This document shows, in pieces, positions 1 to 10,395 of a stretch of 64,000 nucleotides of DNA. Both the position numbers and the translations under genes were made by a program. Source of the DNA: an uncultured Pseudomonadota bacterium (lineage in GTDB: Bacteria > Oederibacteriota > Muellerivitia > Muellerivitales > Muellerivitaceae); assembly GCA_963843375.1 (NCBI GenBank), contig CAWJKT010000014.1, positions 128,001-192,000 on the forward strand, in the 5' to 3' direction. How positions within the stretch are numbered: position 1 is the first letter of the stretch; each line of letters starts with the position of its first letter. The notes beneath the pieces were generated by a model. The model did no database searches and was not told where the DNA came from. It saw nothing but the letters and a program-made list of their open reading frames with translations.

Positions 1-996
1 CAAGGAGTGGGGGTTGAAGTAGGAGTAAAAGTGTTCGTGGGGGTAAAAGTATTGGTTGGAGTGAAGGTATTGGTGGGGGTATTGGTAAGAGTTGGGGTGC
101 TGGGTGGGCGTGCTGGAGGAAGTCGGTGTTGCCGTTAAGGTGGGAGTAAAAGTGTTGGTCGGGGTAAAAGTGAAAGTGGGACTGAGCGTATTGGTTGGCG
201 TATAGGTGATGGTGGGTGTATTGGTGAATGTAAAAGTGGTAGTGAGGGTTGGGGTCAGGGTTGGGGTAAAAGTCGGGGTTAAAGTGAAGGTCGAGGTTGG
301 GGTTGGGGTAAAAGTGGGTGTTGGTATGGTAATTAATTCTCTCCAGTAGAGAATTCCGCAAGATCCCGGCACATTTCCCGAGGCGTTATAGGAAACAGGC
401 GGAATTAAAGCGCCCGTGATGGGATTATATATAAACGGGGCAAAAGTGGTGCCTGTTACAGGGGCTCCTGTTTCCGTAAAGGGGCTGGATACGGGATTAT
501 ATAGGTAGGAAAACCAAGGATTGCCACTGCCGTCCACGGTCGGCGGGGCTGCGCCTGCGCCCGAACAGCTGGATCCGGCTCCCGCTCCATTAGGGTCAAA
601 ATAAAGGGGGATCGTGGGATAGGTTTGGCTGGAGATCACCCACTGGAATCCACTGGTGCAGGTTATTTCCAGTTCCCAAGCGCTGAATACTAGGTCGGGA
701 TTGATGTTGTCCGTTTCAACGGCAAGGAGCACATTTTGGCCCTCATCGAAATCAGAAGTTGGAACCGGCACAGGGGTTGGCACGCATCCGGAGCCGCAGT
801 ATGGAAAAGTGACTCCTGAGGTGGTGTTGGTCACGGGGAATCCATTGACCCAGGCGTAAGTATTGTCATCCCCCGATTCGAGAAATTGGGCCGAGGCAGG
901 AGTGCATTGGGCCTGGGTCGAATGTGGGATTGAAAATAATAATGCGCAACCCGTCAAAAGGAATAGGTGAAAATATCCTTTCCGTTCGGATTTCAA
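1..996 (-). CDS. Secreted Cys-containing protein with Thr/Pro-rich stalk (runs off left edge; apparent +1 frameshift near 102-104)
   Basis: Manual translation from TTG at 996 (GAGG upstream): MKSERKGYFHLFLLTGCALLFSIPHSTQAQCTPAS...GDDNTYAWVNG...LYWRELITIPTPTFTPTPT. Signal peptide plus TPT repeats. Missing from the ORF track. Confidence 0.8.
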   Translation of the reverse strand, partial: MKSERKGYFHLFLLTGCALLFSIPHSTQAQCTPASAQFLESGDDNTYAWVNGFPVTNTTSGVTFPYCGSGCVPTPVPVPTSDFDEGQNVLLAVETDNINPDLVFSAWELEITCTSGFQWVISSQTYPTIPLYFDPNGAGAGSSCSGAGAAPPTVDGSGNPWFSYLYNPVSSPFTETGAPVTGTTFAPFIYNPITGALIPPVSYNASGNVPGSCGILYWRELITIPTPTFTPTPTSTFTLTPTFTPTLTPTLTTTFTFTNTPTITYTPTNTLSPTFTFTPTNTFTPTLTATPTSSSTPTQHPNSYQYPHQYLHSNQYFYPHEHFYSYFNPHSL

Positions 997-1182
997 TTTT
1001 TTCCTCGGCAAGGTTTTTCCTTTGGATGGCTTATTTATAAGGTTTGAAATTAAACAACAGGTTGGAAAAAATTCAAAGCCAGTTCCTCTTAAATTATTTT
1101 ACCGCATTTTTTAAATCTATAACTAAAACCCTTTAAACCATGCAATTGAAAGCGGTCCCATTGGCGTAATACGTAGCGGGGT

Positions 1183-2705
1183 TTATAACCACCCCTCATT
1201 CATCAAGATACTTTGGAGTTGAGGATCGTTTGCGGATAAGGGAGGGAGCCATACTCCTAAATCCCTTCTTTCCCACCATTGGCCATTGGGATGGCTTAAT
1301 GGAGCGAATTGATAGCGGAAAAGACGGATGCGTATATAAGTGGGCGCTTCACCGGGAAAAGGATTCCCCGCCAAAAGGGTTAGGGCCAACGGGTCGTTAT
1401 GGAGGAGTTTCCAAACAAGATTATAAACCCATGGATATTGGTTAGGTTCGGACATTGCGGCAAACCAGACCTGCCAGTCCAGGCGATATTGATAAGGCGA
1501 ACAGACACATGGTCGCCGATAAAGATTTCCCGGCTGGCATTTGAAATCATAGGGAATCCAAACGGTTTCCGGGGTTACGACCTGGGCGGTCGTCCCTTCC
1601 AAGACCAACTGAAGGCGTTCCCGGCCTACCGATCCAAAGGCCCCATAGGTGTTCACGAGGTGCAGGGATTCAAAGGACGTGTTCATTGCCTGATTGGAAG
1701 AAAATAAATTCAAGACGGGATTTACGCTTAAAAAGGCGATTAAAGCCGTGAGGCCCCAGGCGGCAAATTGGGAAGAGGGGCTTTTTTTGGATTTATAGAT
1801 TGCGATGTGGGCTTTCTCCACCAGGGGGCGTGGCAAAAGGTGATTCCAGAATCCGTCATCAAAACAACTCAGAATTGGAACCAGGGTCAACCAGTTTAAA
1901 AATGAAAGGTTACCACTCAAAATAAGGATGATTTGAAAGGCAGCCATGAGACATCCCGCTGCCGTGCGGATACGCCCCCCGAGGAGGACGCCCCAAGGCG
2001 CAATGAGTTCCGCCAAAAAATTGTAAAGGACTCCGGCTTTGTGGAACCAAAGGGGCATGAAATGAAAATAAGGGCTTAAGGGGTTGGGTATGGGTTGGGT
2101 TTCGTAATGGTACTTCAAGCAGGTCAAATCCCTCCAACAGGAATCACCCCTTATTTTTTGATAAGTCCGGAACCCAGCATGATCCGGAATATAAGCCACC
2201 GGAAAAGCCAGATGACCTGTAAGGGTGGAGGGGATTTAGGAAAGGGGCGCCCGTCGATAATGGGAACCAAAAATATGGCGAGAAAGCCGGTTTCCAATAA
2301 TTGAATTTCCCAGCCATAACCGTACCACTCCTGCCCGATATGCACGAAGGAAAGGTACAGGGCCCAGAGGAATAACAATAAAAGGCCGTTGGCGAAACCC
2401 GCTAATACCAAAAATGAAAAAAGGACACCGACCCAAGCGGCTACTACCATAAAACCATCCGTGTGCCAAAACCAGAAGAGGGATGGCAAATGAAGGAAAC
2501 CTTGACCCAAGGAGCCTGCTTCCGCTTGGAATCGCGAAAGGAAGATCAGGGCGGGAGTGAGTCCTTTTTCCCCTATGAGCGCTTTCAACTGTTGAGCGAG
2601 GGAAAGAAAGGCAACGAAATAAACGAGTCCCAACAGCCGCAGAATCATGAAGCGGGTCAACCAGTACGTCGGTTTGGTTGATGGGAATTTGAATTCGTCC
2701 ACCAT
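1183..2705 (-). CDS. Lipase maturation factor (LMF1) family membrane protein, split by a frameshift at about 2155-2160
   Basis: ORFs 2151-2705 (GWEIQLLETGFL, LFRWLIFRIMLGSGLIK) and 1183-2199 (IRGDSCWRDLTCLKYHYETQPIPNP, PYQYRLDWQVWFAAM) are consecutive halves of an LMF1 protein. The break lies in an A6 run. Confidence 0.9.
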
Positions 2706-2749
2706 GGTTTATTATTTTACTTCAAACTTAAACGATAGCGAGGGAAGGC

Positions 2750-2765
2750 TATACCGAATCTTTAC
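2750..2765 (+). promoter_or_regulatory. TATAC-N6-TTTAC direct repeat, putative OmpR/PhoB-type box
   Basis: Same 11-bp-period motif as at 8131, 14612 and 14773. Lies upstream of the 2873 operon. Confidence 0.45.
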
Positions 2766-2872
2766 CTTATTTGGCACCGCTTTTTTTCCCGAATTTGTAT
2801 GCCGGGACGTGATATGGAATCATGTGATAGGATAAAACCATTAAGCAGGGCCGATTTAAACTAAGGGTATTT

Positions 2873-4057
2873 ATGCGATTTTGCTGTGAAATTTCAAAAT
2901 TGAAGCTGGTTTTTTTTCTAACTTTAGGATTTATAACCCCGTTTTTTGCCTGGGCTCAGTGTCCTAATAATCCTGCCCTCACCCCGACCGCTTGGGCTGG
3001 AGCCGGAGTCACCGCCAATTATTCTGGCGGGGATTACACGGTCGTTGGCACCGGAGAAAATGAGTATGGTCAGGATTATGAAACTGGATACACTGATTCA
3101 ATAACTATGGTGGGAGATGGACAAATACAGACAGAGGTCACAAGCATTACGGGCTATATGAATTTTGACACTTCATCCGGGATTTTTATCCGAGGTGGTA
3201 CTAACGCCGGCGCGGATGGAGGTCTCCTATGGATAGGAGGGTCGTCAAGTTCCCAATATCAATTGGCTGAGAGGATCAATGATCAGGCTTTAACCCAAAT
3301 CCAGTCCGGATCTGCTTCTCTCCCTTATTGGCTTCGTCTACAAAATTCGGGAGGGATCCTCTATCCCTCGATTTCCACTAACGGGAGTACTTGGACCTCC
3401 TTGCCGGTTTTGAACCTAATTGGCGATTCTGAATTTGCCGCGGGCAGTACCTTGACTTACGGATTAATGGTCTGGAGTGGAAGTGTCAGTGCCAGTCAAC
3501 CTACCACGGCTATTTTTGAAAATGTTTGCGTGACCTCCATCTCTCCGATCCCCACTTACACCCCGATTCAAACGATCACTTCCACCAGCACTTTCACTCC
3601 GAGCTTCACCTCGACTTTGACACCGGTCCAAACCTTCACTCCCACTTCAACTTTCACGTCCAGCTTTACCTTTTCCGCGACCAATTCACCCACTATCACC
3701 AACACGCCTACGATTACTCCCAGTCCCACCAATACCCTAAGCCCCCAACCTACCGAGACGCCCACCATTACGGCCACTCCTCCTCCCGGTGTTAAGGTCT
3801 GGCCAAATCCCTTCACGCCCTTGCTTCCCACTAACACCATCACCCATTTCTTTTTGCCCGCCAATCATGGCGCGGGACAGTTGTTGATAGCTGACTTGAA
3901 AAGGAAATTGGTTCGTTCATTGGATTTTGGGGCGGTGGTGGATGTTCAATGGGACGGTAAAGATAATGGGGGCAATGTCGTTCCATCGGGAGTTTATCTT
4001 TATCTTTTGGAATCGAGCGGAACGGTTCAACGGGGAACCATCACCGTGATGCGATGA
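2873..4057 (+). CDS. Secreted beta-sandwich (DUF1349/lectin-like) protein with Thr/Pro stalk and C-terminal FlgD-Ig/T9SS-like sorting domain
   Basis: Signal peptide; LPYWLRLQ...STNGSTW; TPT linker; VWPNPFTP...WDGKDNGGNVVPSGVYLY C-terminus. Confidence 0.75.
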   Translation: MRFCCEISKLKLVFFLTLGFITPFFAWAQCPNNPALTPTAWAGAGVTANYSGGDYTVVGTGENEYGQDYETGYTDSITMVGDGQIQTEVTSITGYMNFDTSSGIFIRGGTNAGADGGLLWIGGSSSSQYQLAERINDQALTQIQSGSASLPYWLRLQNSGGILYPSISTNGSTWTSLPVLNLIGDSEFAAGSTLTYGLMVWSGSVSASQPTTAIFENVCVTSISPIPTYTPIQTITSTSTFTPSFTSTLTPVQTFTPTSTFTSSFTFSATNSPTITNTPTITPSPTNTLSPQPTETPTITATPPPGVKVWPNPFTPLLPTNTITHFFLPANHGAGQLLIADLKRKLVRSLDFGAVVDVQWDGKDNGGNVVPSGVYLYLLESSGTVQRGTITVMR

Positions 4058-5904
4058 AATTTAAAACTCAATCCAACGCCAAGACAGCAAGACGCCAGGA
4101 AAACCTGAAGGTGTTTTGTTTTTGTATGAGAATTGAATTTCTTTTTTTTCTCGTTTTCATCCTGATGAATATTTTTACAATGCCGTTGTGGGCGGCGTTT
4201 TTGGATTTCAGCCCGCCCGCCCGGGAAGCGGCCTTGGGCGGGAACGGGGTGGCTTTGCCGGAAGGTACTTCCAGTTTGGCTTTTAATCCAGCGGGACTTG
4301 GCGATGAAAGCCGTTTCGAGATATCCGCCCGTTATGAGAACCTTTTTTCGGGAATTGAGGGCGACAACCTTTCCACCGGGAACTTGTCGGCGGTTTTTCC
4401 TTTAGAAGTAGGGGATGGGTTAGGTTTTTCCGTGGACCACTTTGGCGCCAATACCCTCCAGCAAGACCAGTTGCAAGCGGCTTTCGGTAAAAGTTTTGAC
4501 ACCAACTCCATTTTCTATCATTTGCGTTTGGGTGTTGATTTGTGCTACTTGCGCCAGCAATTTACCCTTTTGGCTCCATTGGCCGGCGTAAATCCCGCAA
4601 ATGTATCGGCGGGAGCTTTTTCGGTCGGGGCCGGGGCTCTTTACGATATTTTCAAATGGGGAACCCTTGGAATTTCCGTTGAGAACTTAAACCAGCCCAA
4701 CCTCGGGGTGGTGGGCCTTGACATGATCCCTATTCTGCTTCGTTATGGGGTTGCGGTTCGACCGAAGGTTGGGGAGGACCGATTAGCCATCACCCTCGCC
4801 CAATCCTTGAGCGCTGGTTCATTGGATACCCAGGGAGGGGCCGAATGGAATATCACCCGGTGGGGGGTGTCCATAAGAGCTGGAGGCGATGCCAATATGG
4901 GAGTAGCCGGATTTGGATGGCGGACCAATGGATTGACAATTGATTACGCCTACCAATTTTCCTGGAATCAAGCGCCATCCCTCAATGGGGTGGGCCTGCC
5001 CGGAAGCAGTCTTTTAGAAGTTGGATTTAGCTGGGAAAACACCTCGCGGGAAGAAAAGGTTTTCGACGAATTGCTTTTTAAAGGCCGGGAAGCTTTAAAG
5101 CTACAGCAGTGGAAAGACGCTTTTTGGGATTTTCAGCAGGCTTATCTGCTGAACCCCTCCGAACCTTCCGTACTTCAAGGCCGCTCGGAAGCCTTGAAAC
5201 AATACAACCTCCAACGCGCGGATGCTTATTTTCAAGCGGGGGTGAATGCCGAGAACCATGGATATTTCCCGGAAGCCCAAAGGGATTATGATTGGGCCGC
5301 CTCTTTGGCCCCGCAAGAAGGAAGGTATTCGGAAGCTGGGGAGCGGGTAAGAAAATCTTTGACCCAAGGAGCCTTAGAGGATCCAAGGGTAGGGGATATA
5401 CTGGAGAAATCAGTGGCTTTCATGAAATTGGGTGAAAATGGAGCTGCGGTGAAAAAAATCAATGAGGCTCTCGTTCTTTATCCTCGGGACGCTTTTCTCC
5501 AATTTGTCGCCAAGGCCTTCGCCCGAAAAGCCGTACCCGTGGCTGAACGGGAGGATAAAAAATTAGAGCAATTGGCGGCGGAAGCGGAAATTTTCCGGAG
5601 TAAAGGGCGTCTAGACCTGGCCCAGCAAACTTGGCAAGAGATACTTAAAGCGGATCCCAACAATGCGATGGCACGCGAAAACATAGCGGCTAACACCTCA
5701 ACGAGCCCCGCTCAAAACCTTACCGATTCCCAAAAAAACCAGATCCAGGCCCTTTTGCAAAAGGGATTGAAAGATTATGCCAACGGGGACACGGAAGCCG
5801 CTGAAAAGAATTGGGAGTCGGTTCTTCAGATTGACCCTCTCAATGTAAACGCCCTAAATAACTTGACCCGCGTCAAAATGGAGGAAGGTGGCGATCGAAA
5901 GTGA
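4054..5904 (+). CDS. PorV/PorP-like outer-membrane beta-barrel fused to C-terminal TPR repeats
   Basis: N-terminal FLDFSPPAREAALGG...SLAFNPAGL motif; alternating beta-strands ending IDYAY...EVGFSW; TPRs (WQEILKADPNN, WESVLQIDPLN). Confidence 0.75.
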   Translation: MKFKTQSNAKTARRQENLKVFCFCMRIEFLFFLVFILMNIFTMPLWAAFLDFSPPAREAALGGNGVALPEGTSSLAFNPAGLGDESRFEISARYENLFSGIEGDNLSTGNLSAVFPLEVGDGLGFSVDHFGANTLQQDQLQAAFGKSFDTNSIFYHLRLGVDLCYLRQQFTLLAPLAGVNPANVSAGAFSVGAGALYDIFKWGTLGISVENLNQPNLGVVGLDMIPILLRYGVAVRPKVGEDRLAITLAQSLSAGSLDTQGGAEWNITRWGVSIRAGGDANMGVAGFGWRTNGLTIDYAYQFSWNQAPSLNGVGLPGSSLLEVGFSWENTSREEKVFDELLFKGREALKLQQWKDAFWDFQQAYLLNPSEPSVLQGRSEALKQYNLQRADAYFQAGVNAENHGYFPEAQRDYDWAASLAPQEGRYSEAGERVRKSLTQGALEDPRVGDILEKSVAFMKLGENGAAVKKINEALVLYPRDAFLQFVAKAFARKAVPVAEREDKKLEQLAAEAEIFRSKGRLDLAQQTWQEILKADPNNAMARENIAANTSTSPAQNLTDSQKNQIQALLQKGLKDYANGDTEAAEKNWESVLQIDPLNVNALNNLTRVKMEEGGDRK

Positions 5905-7313
5905 AGCTGACGACCAAATTTTTCCTTAGCCACGGCGGAGTCGTGGTGGTGTCACTCCTTGTCAGTTTCTTCCTAATATACGAAGGATCCCGTATTCTTT
6001 ATCAGAGACAGGCGAAAATGAGCCAAGCACAGGAAATATCCGATTTCGCCCTGGCTGCCAAGGAGGCCTTGATCCAACATGAGGATGTGGCCGTTTTGAA
6101 CTTCATGCGGACCGTTGTGAAAAATCCTATCGTTGCTTATGCGGCCTATTCGAATCCCTCTTCGGGCACCCATATTGTATTACCGGCTTTATTCCAAAAA
6201 GAATCATTTCCTTCGGAAGAAGAAAAATACGCTTCACCCAATTACCCTTTCCATCGCCGTTTTCAAAGCGGTCTGGAAACACTTGAGTGGACTGCTTCGG
6301 TGCGCTTGGAGAATGGAATTGCGGGCAGGGTCTGGCTGGGTTATTCCCAATCGGCGCTGGAAAAGGATTTGAAAGAACAAACGACAAAGTGGATGGATGT
6401 GGAAATGGAAGCTGGGGCTGCGGCCCTAATGATTGGTTTGTTGGTGTCACTATGGCTGGGCCGTCAAATGGCCTCGCCTTTGAGAAAAATCCGGGATGGC
6501 ACTCATCTTGTCCGTTTTGGAAAACTTGATTCGCTGGTGGAGGTTAATCGCAGGGATGAGATCGGAGATCTTGCCAGGGATTTTAATTCTATGGTGGTGC
6601 AGTTAAAGGAACTGGATGAAATGAAACGGGATTTCGTGTCGGGGGTCACACACGATCTGGGAACGCCCCTTCACGCCATTCGAAGCGCCATTAACTACCT
6701 TCAAGCCGGGGACGCTGGACCTCTAACGGAAAAACAATCCGACTACCTTTTGATGGTTGCCAATAGTACCGCCAACCTGACCGCTTTCATTAACAACCTT
6801 TTAACCACCGCGCGTATCGAAGCCGGCAAGGTCGATCCCTATCCGGAGCCCGTGGACGTTTTCGCCTTGATCAAAGAATTAGTGGATCTTTACCAGCCCC
6901 AAGCCCGGGAAAAAGGGGTCAAACTTACCTTAGCCCGGAAAACCCAGTACATTTCATTAGTCGCCGACGTGACCATGTTCCGCCAAATCGTATTGAATCT
7001 CCTTTCCAATGCCTTGAAATTCACTAACCAGGGTGAAGTGGGTATTTTTTTATCAGAGGAGGATGGAGATTTTCTTTTGGAAGTTCGAGACACGGGTATT
7101 GGAATCGATCCCCAGCACCATCAACTTATTTTCGATAAATTTTATCGGGTTCACCAACCTTCGGGAACTCCCGCTCGCCAGGGAAGCGGTTTGGGGTTGA
7201 CCATTGTTAAGGGCTTAGCCGAGTCCCACGGTGGGAAGGTGACGGTTGAAAGCGCTTTAAACAAGGGAAGTGTATTCAAAGTCGTTCTGCCCAAACAGCC
7301 AAGGCGGTTTTAA
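5901..7313 (+). CDS. HAMP-domain sensor histidine kinase
   Basis: Two TM segments, HAMP (DEIGDLARDFNSM), H-box VTHDLGTPL, N-box NLLSNALKF, G1 DTGIGI, G2 GSGLGL. Confidence 0.95.
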   Translation: MKLTTKFFLSHGGVVVVSLLVSFFLIYEGSRILYQRQAKMSQAQEISDFALAAKEALIQHEDVAVLNFMRTVVKNPIVAYAAYSNPSSGTHIVLPALFQKESFPSEEEKYASPNYPFHRRFQSGLETLEWTASVRLENGIAGRVWLGYSQSALEKDLKEQTTKWMDVEMEAGAAALMIGLLVSLWLGRQMASPLRKIRDGTHLVRFGKLDSLVEVNRRDEIGDLARDFNSMVVQLKELDEMKRDFVSGVTHDLGTPLHAIRSAINYLQAGDAGPLTEKQSDYLLMVANSTANLTAFINNLLTTARIEAGKVDPYPEPVDVFALIKELVDLYQPQAREKGVKLTLARKTQYISLVADVTMFRQIVLNLLSNALKFTNQGEVGIFLSEEDGDFLLEVRDTGIGIDPQHHQLIFDKFYRVHQPSGTPARQGSGLGLTIVKGLAESHGGKVTVESALNKGSVFKVVLPKQPRRF

Positions 7314-7409
7314 AGAAAAATAAAAAACTGAATAAAATCGGCTGATGATTTTATTCTGAAACGTTTATTCTGAAAAAAGTTTATCTTAATTAAATCCGAA
7401 TTTCTGGAA

Positions 7410-8108
7410 GTGAAAATGAAACATCCGTCGATTCTCATGATCGAAGACGATCTGTCCGTATCCACCTTGACTCGGGACCTTTTTTCGAAGGAAGGATATG
7501 AGATAAAGACGGTTTCGAACGGTTCGGACGGTTGGAATGCCCTCCAACGAGAGGAGTTTGACCTTTTGGTGTTGGACTTGGGTTTGCCCGACATGAATGG
7601 ATTGGATCTTTGCGCTCGTATTAAGAGGGATCCGGTACATGGCAAATTGCCTGTTTTTATCTTGACGGCTCTGGGTTCTTCTGAGGATATTGTTAGGGGT
7701 CTGGAAGCGGGTGCCGAGGATTATCTTCCCAAGCCCTTTAATGAGCGGGAGTTTCTCGCCCGAGCCAGAGCTATCCTCAGACGTCGGAAGCCCTCAGCGA
7801 CCCAGGATGAACCCCTCGTTTCTGGAAAGATCAAATTATCCCTATCGTCCCATGAAGCCTGGTGTTCGGAAAACCCAATCCAACTTACTTTGCGAGAGTT
7901 TGATATTCTCAGGATATTTCTGGGTAATCCCAGTAAAGCTCTGACGAGGGAGGAGATCGTGAAAATGGCCTGGGGCCCTGCCACAGCCATTGTTCCCAAA
8001 GTCGTTGACGTTCATATCGGCCATTTGAGGTTAAAACTGGGAACGGAAGGTAAAAGAATCGAAACCGTTCCCCAGGTTGGCTATAAGCTCATTCCCCCCA
8101 AGAAATAA
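7410..8108 (+). CDS. OmpR/PhoB-family response regulator
   Basis: Receiver domain (IEDD, LDLGLP, KPF) and winged helix (LTLREFDIL, VVDVHIGHLRLKL, IETVPQVGY). Confidence 0.95.
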   Translation: MKMKHPSILMIEDDLSVSTLTRDLFSKEGYEIKTVSNGSDGWNALQREEFDLLVLDLGLPDMNGLDLCARIKRDPVHGKLPVFILTALGSSEDIVRGLEAGAEDYLPKPFNEREFLARARAILRRRKPSATQDEPLVSGKIKLSLSSHEAWCSENPIQLTLREFDILRIFLGNPSKALTREEIVKMAWGPATAIVPKVVDVHIGHLRLKLGTEGKRIETVPQVGYKLIPPKK

Positions 8109-8130
8109 TCGTGCCCTGAGGTTAATTTCC

Positions 8131-8168
8131 TATACGGTTTCTTTACCGGTTATATACCGTCTTTTTAC
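8131..8168 (+). promoter_or_regulatory. Four T(A/T)TAC direct repeats at 11-bp period, putative OmpR/PhoB-type binding array
   Basis: TATAC 8131, TTTAC 8142, TATAC 8153, TTTAC 8164, directly after the response regulator gene. Confidence 0.6.
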
Positions 8169-8268
8169 CCCTCTCGAACTCTTTCAAAAGCTATTTTAAT
8201 TTATCTGTTTTTTGCAAACCGTTAGGTGGTTTGCTGTTTGCTTTTTAATGGAAAGCAAGGACTTTTTT

Positions 8269-8424
8269 ATGGAAGAGAAAAAAATGGTTGAGTTACCTGT
8301 TTGGTCTGAAGAACAGTGGGAAACATGGTTATATTCCTTTGTTCGTGAAATGGAAAACAGTGTACCCCAATATTCCTCTCTCCCTGATGATATACCGACG
8401 AATCAGGTTCCTGCTAGCGAGTGA
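8269..8424 (+). CDS. Small acidic hypothetical protein
   Basis: AAGGA RBS before ATG; MEEKKMVELPVWSEEQWETWLYSFVREMEN. Confidence 0.35.
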   Translation: MEEKKMVELPVWSEEQWETWLYSFVREMENSVPQYSSLPDDIPTNQVPASE

Positions 8425-8462
8425 TTTTATTGAAGTTTTATTCCCTAGAGGAGGGGTTAATT

Positions 8463-9248
8463 TTGAATAACTTAAAATTAAAATTGATGGAAAACAATAC
8501 AGCCGAACTTATCCCATCGATAGCAAGGTCGCAACAAACGGACAAAATCACGATTGGTGTCAGTCAGAAAGGCTTGGAAAAACAAGCGTTCATTTTTTAT
8601 CAGTTGTCCAAAGACCTTTGCCTAGCCTATGTTCGAACCAACGAGGATGAAATGGATTCGGCTCGTCACAGGTTCATTCAAGCCATCTTGGAACAAAGCT
8701 ATAGCAACCAGGATTCGGTGAAGCTTCATTTTCAATATGCCATAGCCCAAATTGTCGACGCTTATGGGAAGAGGTTAGGCATTTATGGTAAAGAACTTTA
8801 TTCTACTCAGGAATCCTTCGATAAAAATATACAAAAGACGGCTGATATCGATGATTTGATGAGGATTTTTCAAGAAACCTTGAAAAATCTATTGGCCCTT
8901 ACGCTAAAGCCGGCCCAAGTTTCCCAAACAATTCGGATGGAGGGAGTAAGAAAATATATCGAGGAGAATTTTAGCCAAGCCCTTCGATTGGAAGAAACAG
9001 CACGGGAAAATGGATTTTCGGTCCCGGTTTTTGGGAGGGTTTTCAAGAAAAACTTCGCAATGAGTTTTTCCGCCTACCTAAGGAAAGTCCGCTTGGAACA
9101 GGCCAAAAAACTTCTTGTTTCTACTCGCCTCCCGATTTCCCAAGTTATCCAAGAATGCGGCTTTAGTAATCAGCAATATTTTTTCGACCTGTTCAAACGT
9201 TCGGTTGGATATACGCCTCAAAAATTCAGGGATTCATTTGATAGGTAG
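8463..9248 (+). CDS. AraC-family transcriptional regulator
   Basis: C-terminal double HTH (YIEENFSQ...FSAYLRKVRLEQAKKLL...CGFSNQQYF...TPQKFR). GAGGAGG precedes TTG at 8463; the track start is 8421. Confidence 0.9.
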   Translation: MNNLKLKLMENNTAELIPSIARSQQTDKITIGVSQKGLEKQAFIFYQLSKDLCLAYVRTNEDEMDSARHRFIQAILEQSYSNQDSVKLHFQYAIAQIVDAYGKRLGIYGKELYSTQESFDKNIQKTADIDDLMRIFQETLKNLLALTLKPAQVSQTIRMEGVRKYIEENFSQALRLEETARENGFSVPVFGRVFKKNFAMSFSAYLRKVRLEQAKKLLVSTRLPISQVIQECGFSNQQYFFDLFKRSVGYTPQKFRDSFDR

Positions 9249-9295
9249 AAAGGGTTTGGCGGAAGAAGAGGCGGGTTAAGGGGTTGCGCCCCTAA

Positions 9296-10270
9296 TCAAT
9301 GTTCATCCAAAACCCCATACCGCAGCCTAGTTATTTTCCCGGATGAATCAAAAAAAACTTCAAGCTTGTCATCGAAATCCAATCCTCGGTCGTGCTTAAA
9401 CTTAATGGTGCTCCCATTTTCCCCGTCATCCTCGCCGTCATACAAATAATATGGACAATCCAAAACGTTCTTCGCCTCGTTGGCAGAAGATTGGAAGGAA
9501 AATCCCCCGGTTAGGAGTATCTCGAAATCATTCGGTTGGGCGGGCTGTCTGATCTCGAAAATACCTCGATCCCGGTTTTGGTAGCGAAGGAGAGACATAT
9601 TACGGATGATCCATCGCCACCGGGCATGGCCATCGGGAGCCCTTTTTTCTAAAGTTTTTTCGACTGGCCAATCTCGAGCAATTGCCAAGTTATAAAGCTC
9701 GGAGATGCGATATCGGGCGCCTTTGTTCCAAATCTCACCATTGACCCAGTCAAGTACCAGGAGATTTTCTTTGCCCGATTCGGTTTTGGCTAATTCTTCG
9801 GATTTTTGCGCTGATTCGAGTCGTTCAACCGTTTCGTCCGGCTGTGTTTCTTTTCCCCCCTGTTTTTCCACTTGGAGACGTAAGGTTTCGATATCCAATT
9901 CTTGCTTTTCTAAACGGGAATTCAAATTCGTGGAAGAGATGAGGTCAGGGGTGGGCGAAAAAACTGGTGTTTCCGCGCTTTCAGGAGCTTTTTCACTTAA
10001 AAAGTCAACCATCTGGCTGAGCAGGGGATTGTCGGGGTTCAAGGCTAAAGCTTTCTCATACTGGGTCAGGGCTTCCGCCTTTTTTCCGATCCTTAATTCG
10101 CAATTCCCCAAGGCTTGGTAGGCTTCCGTAAAATCAGGATCTGTTTGAATGGCGTCCCGATAATAAGCCGCCGCCTGGGCATAATTCTTGGCGCCATAGG
10201 CCATATTTCCCTCCAGCAGTAATGAGGAAGCGGTTTGTGAATATGTTGGAGTGTAAACAATCCAAATCAT
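9296..10270 (-). CDS. TPR-repeat exported protein
   Basis: N-terminal TPRs (AYQALGNC...YEKALALNPDN), coiled coil, unknown C-terminal domain. Confidence 0.75.
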   Translation of the reverse strand: MIWIVYTPTYSQTASSLLLEGNMAYGAKNYAQAAAYYRDAIQTDPDFTEAYQALGNCELRIGKKAEALTQYEKALALNPDNPLLSQMVDFLSEKAPESAETPVFSPTPDLISSTNLNSRLEKQELDIETLRLQVEKQGGKETQPDETVERLESAQKSEELAKTESGKENLLVLDWVNGEIWNKGARYRISELYNLAIARDWPVEKTLEKRAPDGHARWRWIIRNMSLLRYQNRDRGIFEIRQPAQPNDFEILLTGGFSFQSSANEAKNVLDCPYYLYDGEDDGENGSTIKFKHDRGLDFDDKLEVFFDSSGKITRLRYGVLDEH

Positions 10271-10395
10271 TAGGAATATCAGTGAAAGACATTTTAAAAT
10301 GGCGGTTTCTCCTTCTTTGATGATCCGTTTCCGATTTTATATCAAAGTTGAAGCATCCTGTGGAGACTTCCGGTTTCTCATTGCCCGGCGTGAGT

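Noticed and set aside
2150..2165. Programmed frameshift in LMF1 (likewise M16 and pilD)
   Set aside because: I know of no recoding in these families and see no stimulatory structure; the pattern fits indel errors.
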